A stretch of DNA of 62,550 nucleotides, taken from positions 62,001-124,550 of the forward strand of contig UYFQ01000609.1 in assembly GCA_900617105.1 (NCBI GenBank), read 5' to 3'. Of this stretch, positions 49,501 to 61,200 are shown piece by piece (the first letter of the stretch is position 1; each line of letters begins with the position of its first letter). This stretch comes from Hydrurus foetidus. Lineage: Eukaryota. The position numbers and the translations under genes were made by a program. A model generated the notes under the pieces. The model was not told the DNA's origin and made no database searches. It saw only the letters and a program-made list of their open reading frames with translations.

Positions 49501-50751
49501 CTAAAGCTCGTTACACTGACTCAACGTGTTGGCATAGCTAGCTTTCATTTTGTCTTGCAGCCATACATCCAATGATCCGAATGATGGAGCCTCAATGGCT
49601 TCGCGCTGCCGTTTAAGCTTCAGATTTAACGTCTGTTCTGCCTCTCTCTCCAGGTATGCAGCTGATCGCTTCTTGGATTGTTCCTCGGGCGTCGATGGGT
49701 GTAGAGAGTGGAGGGTTGTCTTCAGCACCTCTGCTATCACTCCAGCTACCTTGTCTAGGTGCTGTCCTTTGGAGGCCTTCCGGTCTTGATAACTCTGTTT
49801 CACTGCTGAACCGGTCGAGTTTGCTGATGGTGCTGCGGATCGACTGTACGGCGTAGCAGGATCATCTCCACCAGTAGCGACTCCCGCACTAAGAGTGTTC
49901 GATAGAAAATTAAGGTCCTGTTCCTTCCAGCATAACCAGAGGTAAAAGTGGTTGAGCTTGCAAGTTCTCTGGTTGTACTTACAGAACTCGAGAGCTGTAC
50001 TGTCTGCGATTTCCCCACTCTCCTGTGAACCCGACTTATCTAAGTTTGCTTTTAGAATGTCGAATGCATTTTTTGCTTCTGTCAAAAGAGCCGAAAACTG
50101 ATCGACATCGGCGAAACTGCCTTTTTCTGGATGTATGCTCGCCAGTGCTGGCCACTTTTCACCGAAGAGGTTGCTGACAGATGGCGCCACTTCCTCCACA
50201 CACGTTTTCATTAGTGCTGCTACTTGAGATAATCGGTGCGCCTTCATCCCATCTGTGAGTAACATGTTTTTTCCCTCCTGTGGTATTTTTTTGTGATATG
50301 CCTCTAACCCTTCACGTGCAGCCGGATGGACCATATACTCAGCCATAAGGGCCCAACGGTTCGCGGAAACGCTTTCGCCGACTTCTGCAACGTTCGCAAC
50401 GACCGGTAGAACATCGTAAGAAAAGAGAATGGAGTCCTTCAATTTCTCAAACAGATCCTTTCCGTGTACCTCCAGTGTCAAGTTTGATATTGATGAATGA
50501 AGTACTGTCTTTTCTCCGACCTTCATCGACCCATAGTTTTGAGCACTGAAGTCAGGTGGCAGCTTTGCCTCCCTGAACAACACCTTGATAAATCTGTTAA
50601 ACGAGTATCCTTGTGCTTTGCTGTCGCGTCCAGTAGGAAGGTCCCTCAGACATTGCAGGAGCTCATTGCCATTCGTTGCGACTTTAATAGCTTCTATTCT
50701 AATTCGAAAATCGTTTGGAAGAGGGATTGCTGCTGGCGGAGAGGAGCTCAT
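49501..50751 (-). CDS. Harbinger second ORF (putative DNA-binding accessory protein)
   Basis: About 416-aa open frame from ATG 50751, convergent with the transposase and inside the TIRs. The upstream TAQHS extension is only a microsatellite. No Myb/SANT motif recognised. Confidence 0.7.
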   Translation of the reverse strand: MSSSPPAAIPLPNDFRIRIEAIKVATNGNELLQCLRDLPTGRDSKAQGYSFNRFIKVLFREAKLPPDFSAQNYGSMKVGEKTVLHSSISNLTLEVHGKDLFEKLKDSILFSYDVLPVVANVAEVGESVSANRWALMAEYMVHPAAREGLEAYHKKIPQEGKNMLLTDGMKAHRLSQVAALMKTCVEEVAPSVSNLFGEKWPALASIHPEKGSFADVDQFSALLTEAKNAFDILKANLDKSGSQESGEIADSTALEFCKYNQRTCKLNHFYLWLCWKEQDLNFLSNTLSAGVATGGDDPATPYSRSAAPSANSTGSAVKQSYQDRKASKGQHLDKVAGVIAEVLKTTLHSLHPSTPEEQSKKRSAAYLEREAEQTLNLKLKRQREAIEAPSFGSLDVWLQDKMKASYANTLSQCNEL

Positions 50752-50785
50752 TGCTGGTCGATTTTGATCTGTGTAATGTTGTATA

Positions 50786-50904
50786 CTGTGCTGTGCTGTG
50801 CTGTGCTGTGCTGTGCTGTGCTGTGCTGTGCTGTGCTGTGCTGTGCTGTGCTGTGCTGTGCTGTGCTGTGCTGTGCTGTGCTGTGCTGTGCTGTGCTGTG
50901 CTGT
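50786..50904. repeat. (CTGTG)n microsatellite
   Basis: About 23 perfect 5-mer copies. Confidence 0.95.
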
Positions 50905-51075
50905 ATATGATGTATTGTGATGTGATGCTGCAGAAGAGCTGATGTCGACATTCAGAATTGAAACCTCAGATTCTGAGGTTTCAATTTTGAGGATTTCAAA
51001 AATGATGACATTGGAGGCTGACATTCATCAAAAAGTCGACATTTTGAGTTATTTTCGGCTGTATGTTTCGTATGT

Positions 51076-53975
51076 CAAGTAACGTTCATAATGCTGTACA
51101 CGTTCAAAATGGGTGTACAACTTTTTCACGTATGGGTGCAACTGAGATCACATCACGCATCATCTCTGAACAACATAACACCAACACCAATTGTCTAACT
51201 GCAAATCTGAATCGGCGAAGATTCTCCAAAGATGTCCAAATTTCCTCTCCAGAAATTTGCGGCGGAACGAATCAAAGTTGGCAGATAAAGGTGCAGGACA
51301 GTCGATATTGACGTCTGACGCAACTGCCTCTTTGACTTGACGATGTTGACTTTCAAATCCGCAATCATGACTGTCGCATGCACTCATTCTCACTTTAAAA
51401 CTGCAGGAAAGAAAAATATGCTGCTGGACTATTTTTTGATGAAGAACTCGCGATATTGAATCAACTGGCGATTTAGTTCGATGGAAATTTATATCAACTT
51501 GTAAGTTGTGGAAGTTTTCGAGTATCGTCGTCTATCGTTGAAAAATTGCTCTCGACTATCATGGGAAGCACGGTGCATGCATGTGATGTAATGATATGAT
51601 GTACAAAGAAAACTAATCATGACAATGTCTATTTCGTGCAGATCAGTTTGTGATCGGCAAAAATTGCCGCACAAGATTCCGCGGGACAGAACAGCAGGCG
51701 GCATTTCGACGGCTTCCTCTGCTTGCAGCTAGACCATTGCCTTCTCTCCTTGGCTGTACCGGTAATGTGACATCCTGGATTACTACAGCTGTATCTTGGT
51801 GCTACCTTCACTGCTGCATTTGCCACTAACTCTGGATTGTCTCTGAGTTGAACCCTTGCATCTTCCGCAGCTGCTTCTAGCGGAAATTCCAATCTCCACT
51901 CCTTCTCCATTAAGGCATTCTCTTTTCTAATTTGTTCTTCTTCTGTCTCATTACACCTTGATATGTATGCAGCAACAACCGCGTCGTTGTTCGTCCAAAG
52001 GCATCGGGTATGGTTCCAGGCACAATCGTCCGACTTTCTTGTCGCTGGGTCGAATTGAAGGAGACCTTCGAAAGGGGCTTCGATCTCAGAATCGAATAAT
52101 CTGCCCTTCCGTGCAAGATCTATTAGACCAGGTAACTTTGAGAGTACCTTGTCTGCCACTGCTGTTGTCAATTTCGACCAACCTGCCCACCCTGACATAA
52201 TTACCGCGTGATCTACAGGCCAGATTCCAGCGATCCGGTATCCGTCACGAACAACTGACGGCTGGCAGCACCTAATGAGGCATTCCGGAAGACGAGCCAG
52301 AGCTTTCCAATAGGTATGAAAGCTTGAGACCTCCAGACCACTCTCGAGCAGTATTTTCCTCATGGGCAACATGTATTTTGGCACGTGATACTCTTCCCTT
52401 GCATACAAGTCTGACTTGTAGTATCTGTGTATATTGCAGTGCATTCGCCCCACATCGTTTGGTTGTTGGACCATAGTTGATGCTGCGGCGAACTTGAATC
52501 CCTGAAATCCCTCTTTATTCAAAATCACATTTGTGTCATCGAAAGTTGATTTCACTTGAGCCCAACATCCATCCATTGAGAATATCAGTTCTGATATTTC
52601 TTTCATCAACTTTATCATTTCCTCAGTAAGAACGTCGACTGCCATGTCGGGGTGCTCTGGCGGGGTCAGCAACTCATTCACAGCACCTCCATTAAAAATC
52701 TCGGCCTTCATTCGTGCGACTCTCACTTTGGCTTCCGGGATAACAGCTTTGCTCCACATTTTGCTCATCAAGACTGTATCGTCATGAGTCGTTGGGATCA
52801 AGAAGCAGTAGAGCGAGTCCTTAATCTGCGTTGAAATGGAACGGTCACATGTTAGTCTCAAAACTTATAGTCTCATGCGATGTTATTCTTTGTTATGGCA
52901 CAATACCTTAAGGTGTCTGAGTTTCGTGAAGTTGCTGTCTTTTATCATTACAATAGTACATTCAACTTCACCGTCAGCGTTGGTGTCTGATGAATTTAAA
53001 ATCTATAAGTGAGCAAGTAATTTAAACTCATGTCATGTTGCGTACACAGTAACTTCACACACTTACTTATGCCGAACTTTATAGTCCGTCTTTTTCCCTG
53101 ATTTGCTGTTGTTGCTGGATTCAAATTTCTATTTGACAATCTTTTTGAGCCTGCCTTGGAGAGATATAGTTTCTTCTTCTGGCCGAATCCATTCAGCTCG
53201 ACACTCAGCTCATCCCATGAATGAACTTGGCGCGGATCGACGACCCTTGCAGTCACGGCGGACCAAGTTGCTGCGCAAGAGAGCGCGTTCCGTGGATCTT
53301 GTAGAGCCCTTTGTCTACTCGTTGACTGCACACCACCACACTTTACTCGGATTGGGACGATATTTTTCAGATATCTCCTCTTGGTGCTAGTACTTAGAGG
53401 GGGCAGAGTTGCATGGCGGTTCTGCTTGTTTTCCTCGAGTTCCGTTCGCCTATGGTTGTCAAGATCCTCCAGAATATCCTTTCCGCTTGTGGCTGAGTCT
53501 TTAGCGAGATCTCGCTCCTCTGCGACGTCTCTACTCTTATTTATGACGTCAGTTGAGACGATACTTCTCCTCCCCTTTTTTTTCTTTGGTGGAGGTCCGT
53601 TCTGGATTTCATCGAGCGTCCTGAAGAAGAACTCCAGATCAGTGGAAGGTTTTGTAGTACTGGCAAGGAGAGAATGGCCAACCTTTTCAGTAGTCGGCGG
53701 TCGATTCCCGCTTCTTTGGCAGCCTTGTTGATAGTGCACTGGTTGGTGGTCACTTTTGCAACGGCCTCAGTGAGTTTTGCAGCTGGCGATGTATCAAGCT
53801 GGCGCTTGGATCTTAAGCCCACTACCATATCATCCTCAAAGTTTGAGAGTACTTGGTTTAAAACCGAGTGAGATAATTGGCATTGAGGAGGTTACAAGGT
53901 CACCAGGTCTGCACATAAGTTGGGAAAGTGTTGTACACCCATTTTGAACGTGTACAGCATTATGAACGTTACTTG
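51076..53975 (-). mobile_element. TIR DNA transposon with divergent pogo-like transposase and 4-bp TSD
   Basis: 46-bp perfect TIRs CAAGTAACGTTCATAATGCTGTACACGTTCAAAATGGGTGTACAAC (51076-51121, 53930-53975); ATGT at 51072-51075 and 53976-53979. Confidence 0.9.
51629..53828 (-). CDS. Spliced DDE_1/pogo-like transposase with psq-type HTH and Cys-rich tail
   Basis: TINKAAKEAGIDRRLLKR HTH, basic KKKKGRR, SWDELS / FSMDG / QQPNDVG triad, GYRIAGIWP and C-terminal CSNPGC...C..C..C..C..H..C. About three short introns. Confidence 0.72.
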
Positions 53976-54289
53976 ATGTCAGGTTGATTGATGTTCGTTG
54001 TTCGGTGGCGTTCAAGTTCGCAGTTCGGTTCCCCTCTGTCATTTGTTACAAACTACAAAGAACTGTCGAAATAAATGTGATTCGTACGCTGTAGGAGTCA
54101 TATTCTATACAGAATATTGTACTGGCCTTCGGATTTATACTGGCACAGCAGACAGGCAGGCAGGCAGGCACAAAAGGCACATTGTTCTTGATATCATCTA
54201 GCACCAGATCTGTAACATTTCAATGATGTTCCACGGCATGGCAACATGATGTCAATGCTCTATTCTTGGAACAGGTAGTGTGCTTAAAA

Positions 54290-55534
54290 ATGCTCGACGG
54301 ATACTGTCGATGGTCGTTATGGCACTATATATTGCTCTTTCACTCCATTCAGCAGCAATGTCATTCGTCCAAAATTAAGAATCATGTTTCCTGCATCAGA
54401 TTTTGTGATATTTGTGGCATTCAATTCCGTAAAATACCAGAATGGGAACGTCACATGGCAGGAAAGAGACATGCAGATCAGGTAGCTAGAAGCCCCAGTC
54501 CGGAACAAGTTTGGAACGAATTCGTCGTTGGAGCACCAAAATGGTCTGCTGACAGTAACATAACTCAGGTTTCAGCAGCCTGGAGGGATGATGAGCTTTC
54601 CTCGCTTGATTTCAGATTCCGGAGCACATGCTTGCATCCAACACCTGTGATTGGAAGTTTGAAAGGTTACACTCGCGCACGTGTTTGGAGGTACATGCGT
54701 GATGTTATGGGACTTTCTCATTTTCCGGAGCTCGCATCGATTATGGTCGCCGCCGATGATGATGAATTTGGACACGTTCGAGTCAAGGAGCTGTTTGAGT
54801 CGTTTGAGTCCTACAAAGTCATTGCTAATTTCATCATCGCTGCTCAGAGAACTGGTCAAAAGTACGGTTATCCACCCATTGAGCGTGTAGTAGAGGTTGC
54901 ATGTGGTCATGGATTGGTTGGGATTCTGCTCGCCTACAGATTCAGAAAACTCAATTTTCATCTGTACGATTTAGAAAAGCGGCCAACCTATGATGCATTT
55001 TTGAGAGCTTTCGAGTCAAAAGGGGTGAAGATGTATGCCAGCGACGAAAAAGTGCTGCCGAACATTCATTTCTATGAGGAAGACTTTTGCAATGCGCGTC
55101 CGCTAGTTGTCAATAGTCTAGTGGTATGCTTACATGGCTGCAATGAGGTGAATGAAAATGCCATAGAAATGGCATTAGAACAGAAAGCGTCAGGATGGGT
55201 GGTGATGCCCTGCTGTATCCTCAAGGAACAGTATCTTGGGGAGCAGTGTAACTTACATCTGTCTGAGGACAGCGCTAGATACAACATGTTATGTGGCGCT
55301 CTCGCTCACAAGTATGGTGCTCAACGGATAGCTGCCATTGACAGTAGAATTACAAATAGGCCGATGATAATTGCTGGTGGGGTTGGTCTAAGTGATTCTG
55401 ACGAAGGTTCGGTGTACAGCACGTCAGACTTAGTAGGCGAGGAAGAGGATCCAGGCGATGAAAAGGCAGCCCAGGCAACATCACTTGCAGTGTCATTTAA
55501 AAGAGGCAGAATGCCGAAACTGTTGCTTGATTAG
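54290..55534 (+). CDS. Zinc-finger (U1/matrin-type C2H2) plus SAM-dependent methyltransferase protein
   Basis: CDICG...WERHMAGKRH finger; VVEVACGHGLVG, CLHGCNE and VMPCC motifs resembling Methyltransf_32. Start codon uncertain. Confidence 0.75.
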   Translation: MLDGYCRWSLWHYILLFHSIQQQCHSSKIKNHVSCIRFCDICGIQFRKIPEWERHMAGKRHADQVARSPSPEQVWNEFVVGAPKWSADSNITQVSAAWRDDELSSLDFRFRSTCLHPTPVIGSLKGYTRARVWRYMRDVMGLSHFPELASIMVAADDDEFGHVRVKELFESFESYKVIANFIIAAQRTGQKYGYPPIERVVEVACGHGLVGILLAYRFRKLNFHLYDLEKRPTYDAFLRAFESKGVKMYASDEKVLPNIHFYEEDFCNARPLVVNSLVVCLHGCNEVNENAIEMALEQKASGWVVMPCCILKEQYLGEQCNLHLSEDSARYNMLCGALAHKYGAQRIAAIDSRITNRPMIIAGGVGLSDSDEGSVYSTSDLVGEEEDPGDEKAAQATSLAVSFKRGRMPKLLLD

Positions 55535-55749
55535 TGTGGTGAATGAATTAAATGATGTCGGGGCCTGAATCCTGACAAACTTACCTTTCACTGGCTTTTT
55601 GACGGTGGACGGTATTGCACTCCCCGGAGTACTTGTTTACTATAAAGAGATTTAACGCCTAAAATCGAACAGTGGCTTATGAAAAGTGATTATTCACAGC
55701 AGAATCAGTGACTTCAAGTTCGCAAAAATCGACAATAATGCCCTCTTCG

Positions 55750-57906
55750 TTATATCAATTGAAGAACTTGCATCAAATTACAGACAGATTTGCGAAGTAC
55801 GGATACGCTGTTCCCACGATTGCTCTCTGCTGATAAAGCCTGTCGGGCATCTACAAGAATTTTTGCTAACGATTCTGAAATACTACTGGTGCCATTGGAT
55901 AGAATATCAAGATTCGGCGACAAGTTCGGTGGAATCATGGGGTAGCAAGTTTCGGTTAGGGCGAACACTGCGCAGAAGGCCTCGGACTCGCTCTCTCCTT
56001 TCCGTAATACGCATATTTCGTTCATCTTCCAAGACAGAATGTGAGTCAGCTGATCTAAGGCGGCGCAGCATGTCTGATTCATACGTGACAATGACTCCTC
56101 GGCGGCATCTGACTCCATGGGTGCGTTGTGCATGACTGCGATGTCTCCCCCACATTCTACGAGACAGTCGCCACTGCACTTTGAGAGCGCGGCCACATGA
56201 GACCCGACAATCACAGCAATATTTATCAGTCTAGACATCAGACAACCTCCATTCAACGTGCAGATTTTATCCGATAATTCGTCATCTGATGTTAGGGTAG
56301 TCGATATGCTAACGAGGCATGGGAGAACGTAGTGTAGCACGTCACCGACATCCCCGTCTGCACGGGTTGCTCTGTCTCCTTGTTGATTTGTCAAAGCCAT
56401 CCAGGCTTTCTCGGGTGAGGACATCCAGCCAGATTTCGTTTTTGTTGTATTCAAGGAGGTTTGATCACCACTGCTCATGTGATGTGTGACCGCACTCCAC
56501 GTCAGAATCAAGGGCAAGTGGGTGAGGAATGGCTCCCGAAGGTCCTCATCCTCTAGCACCCAGAGACAGAGAGTTGCTGTGGCTTCTCGCACGATGTGTA
56601 TCAGCAAGACATTCTTTTCCATCATCGGACACTTGTCAGCTTGTTGATCACTTATTCCACCGAAAACAGCCAATGTCGAGTCATAAGCTATGTCAGATAT
56701 TTCTTTTAGAAAGTCGAATATTTTTTGAAAAGTGTTGTGCATCGTTTGCCGGATATGAAGAATGGTCGATGAAGTGAGTACGGCAGCTGATGTCGCTGTC
56801 GATCTATCGGGACCATCGTCATTTCCACCGACCAGGATAATAAGGATAGAATTAATCAACGACATGCAACAAGGGATCAATTTTTCGAGTCTTTTAGTTC
56901 GAATAGTAGTTACTGAATTCTTCGGATCAACCTTCACTTCATCATATCTTTTTCGTCTTTCAACAACAGGGTCTCTCAGATCACCGTAAGCGTGTGTCTG
57001 AGGCTCCCCCTGGGCCTGCTTGAATAGAGCAAGAGCTTCTTCAAGGAGCAGGTGCACCTCTATTCCTATCACCGATACGAGCAGTCTCAAAAAGTTCCCT
57101 GAAGATTCTTTACTACTAGCAGCGGCAACTCCTTCTGAAGATATATATTCTGTGTCCTCCACAGTCCATGATGGTTGAAAGGAACATCCAGTTGAAAGAA
57201 AATGGGCACAGCACATTAGAGAGCAGTCTCTAACATGCTCCGGTGCGCCCCCATGAAATCCCTTTATCAATACAGTCCGTAAATTCACAGCGGATTCGGT
57301 TGGAACCACTGACATCTGTTTCGCAACCTTCCCAGAGCTATCTGAACAACAGAGTAAATGACTGAGATCCGCGAGAAAATCTAGATAAGCCGCAATAAAA
57401 TGTGGTGGAAAATCAACTTTCACATGTCCGGCAATCATTAGGGAATGCAACAACAACTTCTCGACTGTACGAGGCTTAGTCCCTGACGCAATCCATTTCG
57501 TGATGAGAAATAAATCAAGTTGGAATTGCTCGTCATGAGCTGCAGCGGACGATGAATTAACTTCACTTTTGTTGAAAAGAATGGCTGCGGAAGTCATTGA
57601 CGAAAATACTAAATCAATCAGTCGCAGAGTGATTTTTCTGAAAGTGTAAGAGAATCCCATATGGATTGAATTTGAGATCAGAGCGATGCCAGCTTGACAA
57701 AATGCTGGACTCTTGCCTGGGTCTACAATCATCTTCAGAAGCAGTGACGGATCGATGACTGCGTATATTTTGCCGAAGAAATGTTTCGACTCCTCAATTC
57801 CGGGATCATACGTTGCGAGGAGATTCGCAGCTAACAAGATCCCGACGATTTTCTCCTCGTTACTACCCTTTAGGAGGCGAAATATGCCTTCCGTATCTGC
57901 GGGCAT
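55750..57906 (-). CDS. Neurochondrin-like ARM-repeat protein
   Basis: 718-aa intronless helical ORF. N-terminal LLKGSNEEKIVGILL, central WT...FLRLLVSVIGIEVHLLL and LCLWVLED resemble neurochondrin motifs (from recall). Confidence 0.6.
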   Translation of the reverse strand: MPADTEGIFRLLKGSNEEKIVGILLAANLLATYDPGIEESKHFFGKIYAVIDPSLLLKMIVDPGKSPAFCQAGIALISNSIHMGFSYTFRKITLRLIDLVFSSMTSAAILFNKSEVNSSSAAAHDEQFQLDLFLITKWIASGTKPRTVEKLLLHSLMIAGHVKVDFPPHFIAAYLDFLADLSHLLCCSDSSGKVAKQMSVVPTESAVNLRTVLIKGFHGGAPEHVRDCSLMCCAHFLSTGCSFQPSWTVEDTEYISSEGVAAASSKESSGNFLRLLVSVIGIEVHLLLEEALALFKQAQGEPQTHAYGDLRDPVVERRKRYDEVKVDPKNSVTTIRTKRLEKLIPCCMSLINSILIILVGGNDDGPDRSTATSAAVLTSSTILHIRQTMHNTFQKIFDFLKEISDIAYDSTLAVFGGISDQQADKCPMMEKNVLLIHIVREATATLCLWVLEDEDLREPFLTHLPLILTWSAVTHHMSSGDQTSLNTTKTKSGWMSSPEKAWMALTNQQGDRATRADGDVGDVLHYVLPCLVSISTTLTSDDELSDKICTLNGGCLMSRLINIAVIVGSHVAALSKCSGDCLVECGGDIAVMHNAPMESDAAEESLSRMNQTCCAALDQLTHILSWKMNEICVLRKGESESEAFCAVFALTETCYPMIPPNLSPNLDILSNGTSSISESLAKILVDARQALSAESNRGNSVSVLRKSVCNLMQVLQLI

Positions 57907-58229
57907 CCTGATTTTTCCTCGTTGATTGAGCTGACGAGGAATTGACGGAAATCTAGACGTCGAAGAATACGAGGGGGTCGGAATTACGCATTCGAATTGT
58001 ACTATAGTTTCTGGCCATCGTGATGCTTCGCAAGTCGCAAGTAAGGAGATGCCGCCACGGCAGTACAGGTTCTCTGGCGTGAAAGGAGCAGGGACCGCTG
58101 ACCGGAGCCAGACCCCTCAGGGACGGATGTAGGGGGGGAATACAACTGGACAGCGCCACGCGGCGTACGGAACGTGGACCGCCTCCCCACGTCGTTTTAT
58201 TAGCCTCAACGTAGTTTAGTCCGTCACAG

Positions 58230-61200
58230 TGTAGTCCAAATGAGCTAGAAGAGGCAGGAAAGGTAGTTTAGCTTACAACGAGAAGAGGGTGGGTGAGCTT
58301 GCAGAGGTGTGAAACTCTGCATGCAAAGCGTTGCAAGGTAACTAACAAGCTGCGAGATGTCAGAAGGACTCTCAGCCACATGTACAGACGGCTATACGGT
58401 ACTACGGAGGGTAGGAATGTGGTACTAAATCCTGTACCGTCACATTACCCCCACTTACTCTTTTCGAAAAGACCTTAGTCTCGCTTCTCTCTTTTGACTA
58501 CTTAATTGTAACTAAGGATAAAAAAATATGGAACTAACATTAAAGCAGAAAAAATACATCAAGTTTGTGAAAAATGATGCAAATAACTAGACTAAAAGAG
58601 AGTTTGGGACTAGGTCCTCCCCGGGAGTGTCCGTGCGTCCAACAGCAGTGATCTTGACCGGGTGTGAGTATGTCAGGTTTCACTGACTAAAACCGTAAAA
58701 CCCACGTAGGGCGAAAAAATGGCTAAATTTTGAGAAAAATCTCACACCGGCATATCTTCGCCACGCAGGTTGTGCGGAACCAGCGCCTTCAGTCCGGCGC
58801 TCTTGAGGTAGGTGTGTAGCTGGTCCGTGAGTCTCAGAGCACTCCATGGCTCCCATGAGTTGTGTTCCTCGCTATAATTAAGCCACTTGACGAGGAAGGT
58901 CAACGTGGAGACCTTCCTGGTGTTGCCTTTGTGGGCTGTGATCGCCTCGATATAGAACTCCATGTAGTCGCGTCGGGCTGAGTCCATGGGTTCGATCCTG
59001 GCCGGATCGAACAGGAATATCTTGAGCTTTGAAGCGTGGATTCTTTTAGTCTTCTTAGAGACGATGTTCAGGAGTACATACTCCGAATCGCGATGGGAAA
59101 TCACCTCCATCGGACCTTGCCAGCGTGTGTGTAGTCGCGTAGGGGGACCTGTAGCGTACTGCGCTAGTACGTACGAACCGACGGGGAAAACGGTTGGATC
59201 CGGCTGATCCGTTAAACGCTGTGCCGCGTGTTCTTGCGCCATTTCTTGGACTGTCCTGTGCGTCGTATCCTGAGCGTTAATCATGTCAGCCATGATGCGT
59301 GAGCCCGGAGTCTTAGATGGAAGGGCTTGTTGAAAGGGCGTGAGGATGCCTCTGTTCAGATCCAAGCGGTTGCCGAAGAGCAGGTTACCCGGTGACACTC
59401 CCGTGGAGCCATGAACCGAGCTGTTCATGATCCGTTGGACAAAGGGGAGGCAAAGCTTGTACTGGTCCATCTCGAGTGTCTCGAACACAAACGAGCGCAA
59501 GTGGCGATTAACCTCCTTGTTGACCCGCTCCACGATGGAGTTCTCCTCCTTCGAATAGGCCAGTGTGAGGTTGTGCGGTGTTCCAACCGCCAAGAGAAAT
59601 TTCTCTATGAGTTCGTTGGCAAAATGTGGTCCGCGATCGGAGCGTATCAGGTTGGGAGAACCGAAACGACCGAAGTGTTCCAAGAGACAGCGGCATGCCG
59701 ACTCTGCCGTGCTGTCCTTGCAGTGGAACAGCTCTGTCCATCTTGAAAATGAGTCCACTATGACTAGCACGTGTGTGCCGTCGGGGAATGGACCGATGAA
59801 GTCGATGTTGAGAACATCGAAGAGTACCTCGCCTGCCGTCGTGAACTTATGTACGTTGATTGGAATGCGTACCGCACTCATCTTCTGGCAGCACGGACAG
59901 TACCGTACGAATAACCGGACGTGGTTGCGCATGTACGGCCAAGAACGGCCCATGAGACCTAGCTTATGCATCGTTCGGTCTACGCCGCCATGACCGACGC
60001 GGAAGTTGTGGGCTTGCTCCATCCACTCCGATTCTTCCTCCGAAGCTAGTGGGCATGTGGTCAGTGCTGCTACTATAAAACCTGGGGCGTCCATGACCCT
60101 AGGGGTGTAATCCATGGCGAGTTCCATAAGGTTGGGACACAGGCGTGACAGGGTGTCTGCCCATTTGTTCTGGGAGCCTGGCACGAAGTGAATCTTGAAG
60201 TCGAGTTCCTGCATCGCTATGGACCAGCGGGTGACCATCGAGTTGGGGTTGTTGGTCATATACGTCAGATTCAGGTGATCTGTGTGTATAGTGAACACCC
60301 GGTCGCGGAGGAGAGTGTCCATCTGCTGGCAGCAATGGAAGATTGCGTATGCCTCCTTCTGTATCGTTGACCAACGAGATTGTGTGGCGTTGAAAGACTT
60401 GCTGACGAAGGATATCGGTCGCCAAATGTCGTCAACGATCTGGAATAATACACCGCCTATACCGTAGTCGGAGGCGTCCGTATACAGCCGTATAGGTGCG
60501 TCACTGTCGTCCAGGAAATGCATCAGCGGGCAATGCGATATAGCCTTACGTATAGCTTGGAACGCGTCGGAACTTCCCTGTGTCCACACCAGTGGTGAGT
60601 TCTTCTTGCCCTTGTGGTCAATCATATCTTGAAGCGGCTTTACTATTAGGGAGTGATTTGGTACAAATCCCCGGAAATAGTTCGCCAGTCCCAATAGGGA
60701 TCTTAGGGCGTGAAGGTTCCGCGGTTTCTCAAAGTTGAGTACCGATTTAATCTTGACCATGGACATAGACAGTCCATCTTTAGAGATGACTCGCCCGACA
60801 TACTCTATTTGGGGCAGTCCAAATTTGCACTTTTTAGCCTTCAGAAGAAGGCCGCGCTCTCGGAAGCGCTGGAATACCTCCTTCAGTCTGGTGAGGAACT
60901 GATCTTCATCTGATGCATACACTATGCAGTCGTCCAAGTACATCTCGCAGGAGACGTACAGTAAGCCTTGAAGGACTTTGGTGACCATTTGCTCCTGGAA
61001 GTAGGAGGGGGCCCGTTTAGGTCCGAACGGTAACCGTGTAAATTGGTATAGGCCGCAAAAGCACAGGAATGCCGTGAACACTCGGTGCGGTGGGTATAGT
61101 GGGGCCTGATGGTATCCCGCCGTCAGGTCCATGACTCCAAACACCGTCGGTTTGTTGTGTCCAATTCTTTCGAAGAGCCCGCGGATGTTGGGGAGGGGCC

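Larger units (their letters stand above)
40874..51074 (+). mobile_element. PIF/Harbinger-like two-ORF DNA transposon (host to MITE and MULE)
   Basis: 15-bp perfect TIRs CATACGAAACATACA (40874-40888, 51060-51074), TCA flanks (40871-40873; 51075-51077 and 53979-53981), ATCCTCAAA-type subterminal motifs, HARBI1-like transposase plus convergent second ORF. Confidence 0.88.

Noticed and set aside
50752..51024. TAQHS-repeat N-terminus, and CCAVL, MLYAVCC and LTHS repeat ORFs elsewhere
   Set aside because: These are translations of (CTGTG)n, (CTGTATG)n and (GTGA)n microsatellites.
57953..57990. Cyclophilin-like start (DPLVFFDV)
   Set aside because: Only a few residues followed by a stop; no further cyclophilin sequence.
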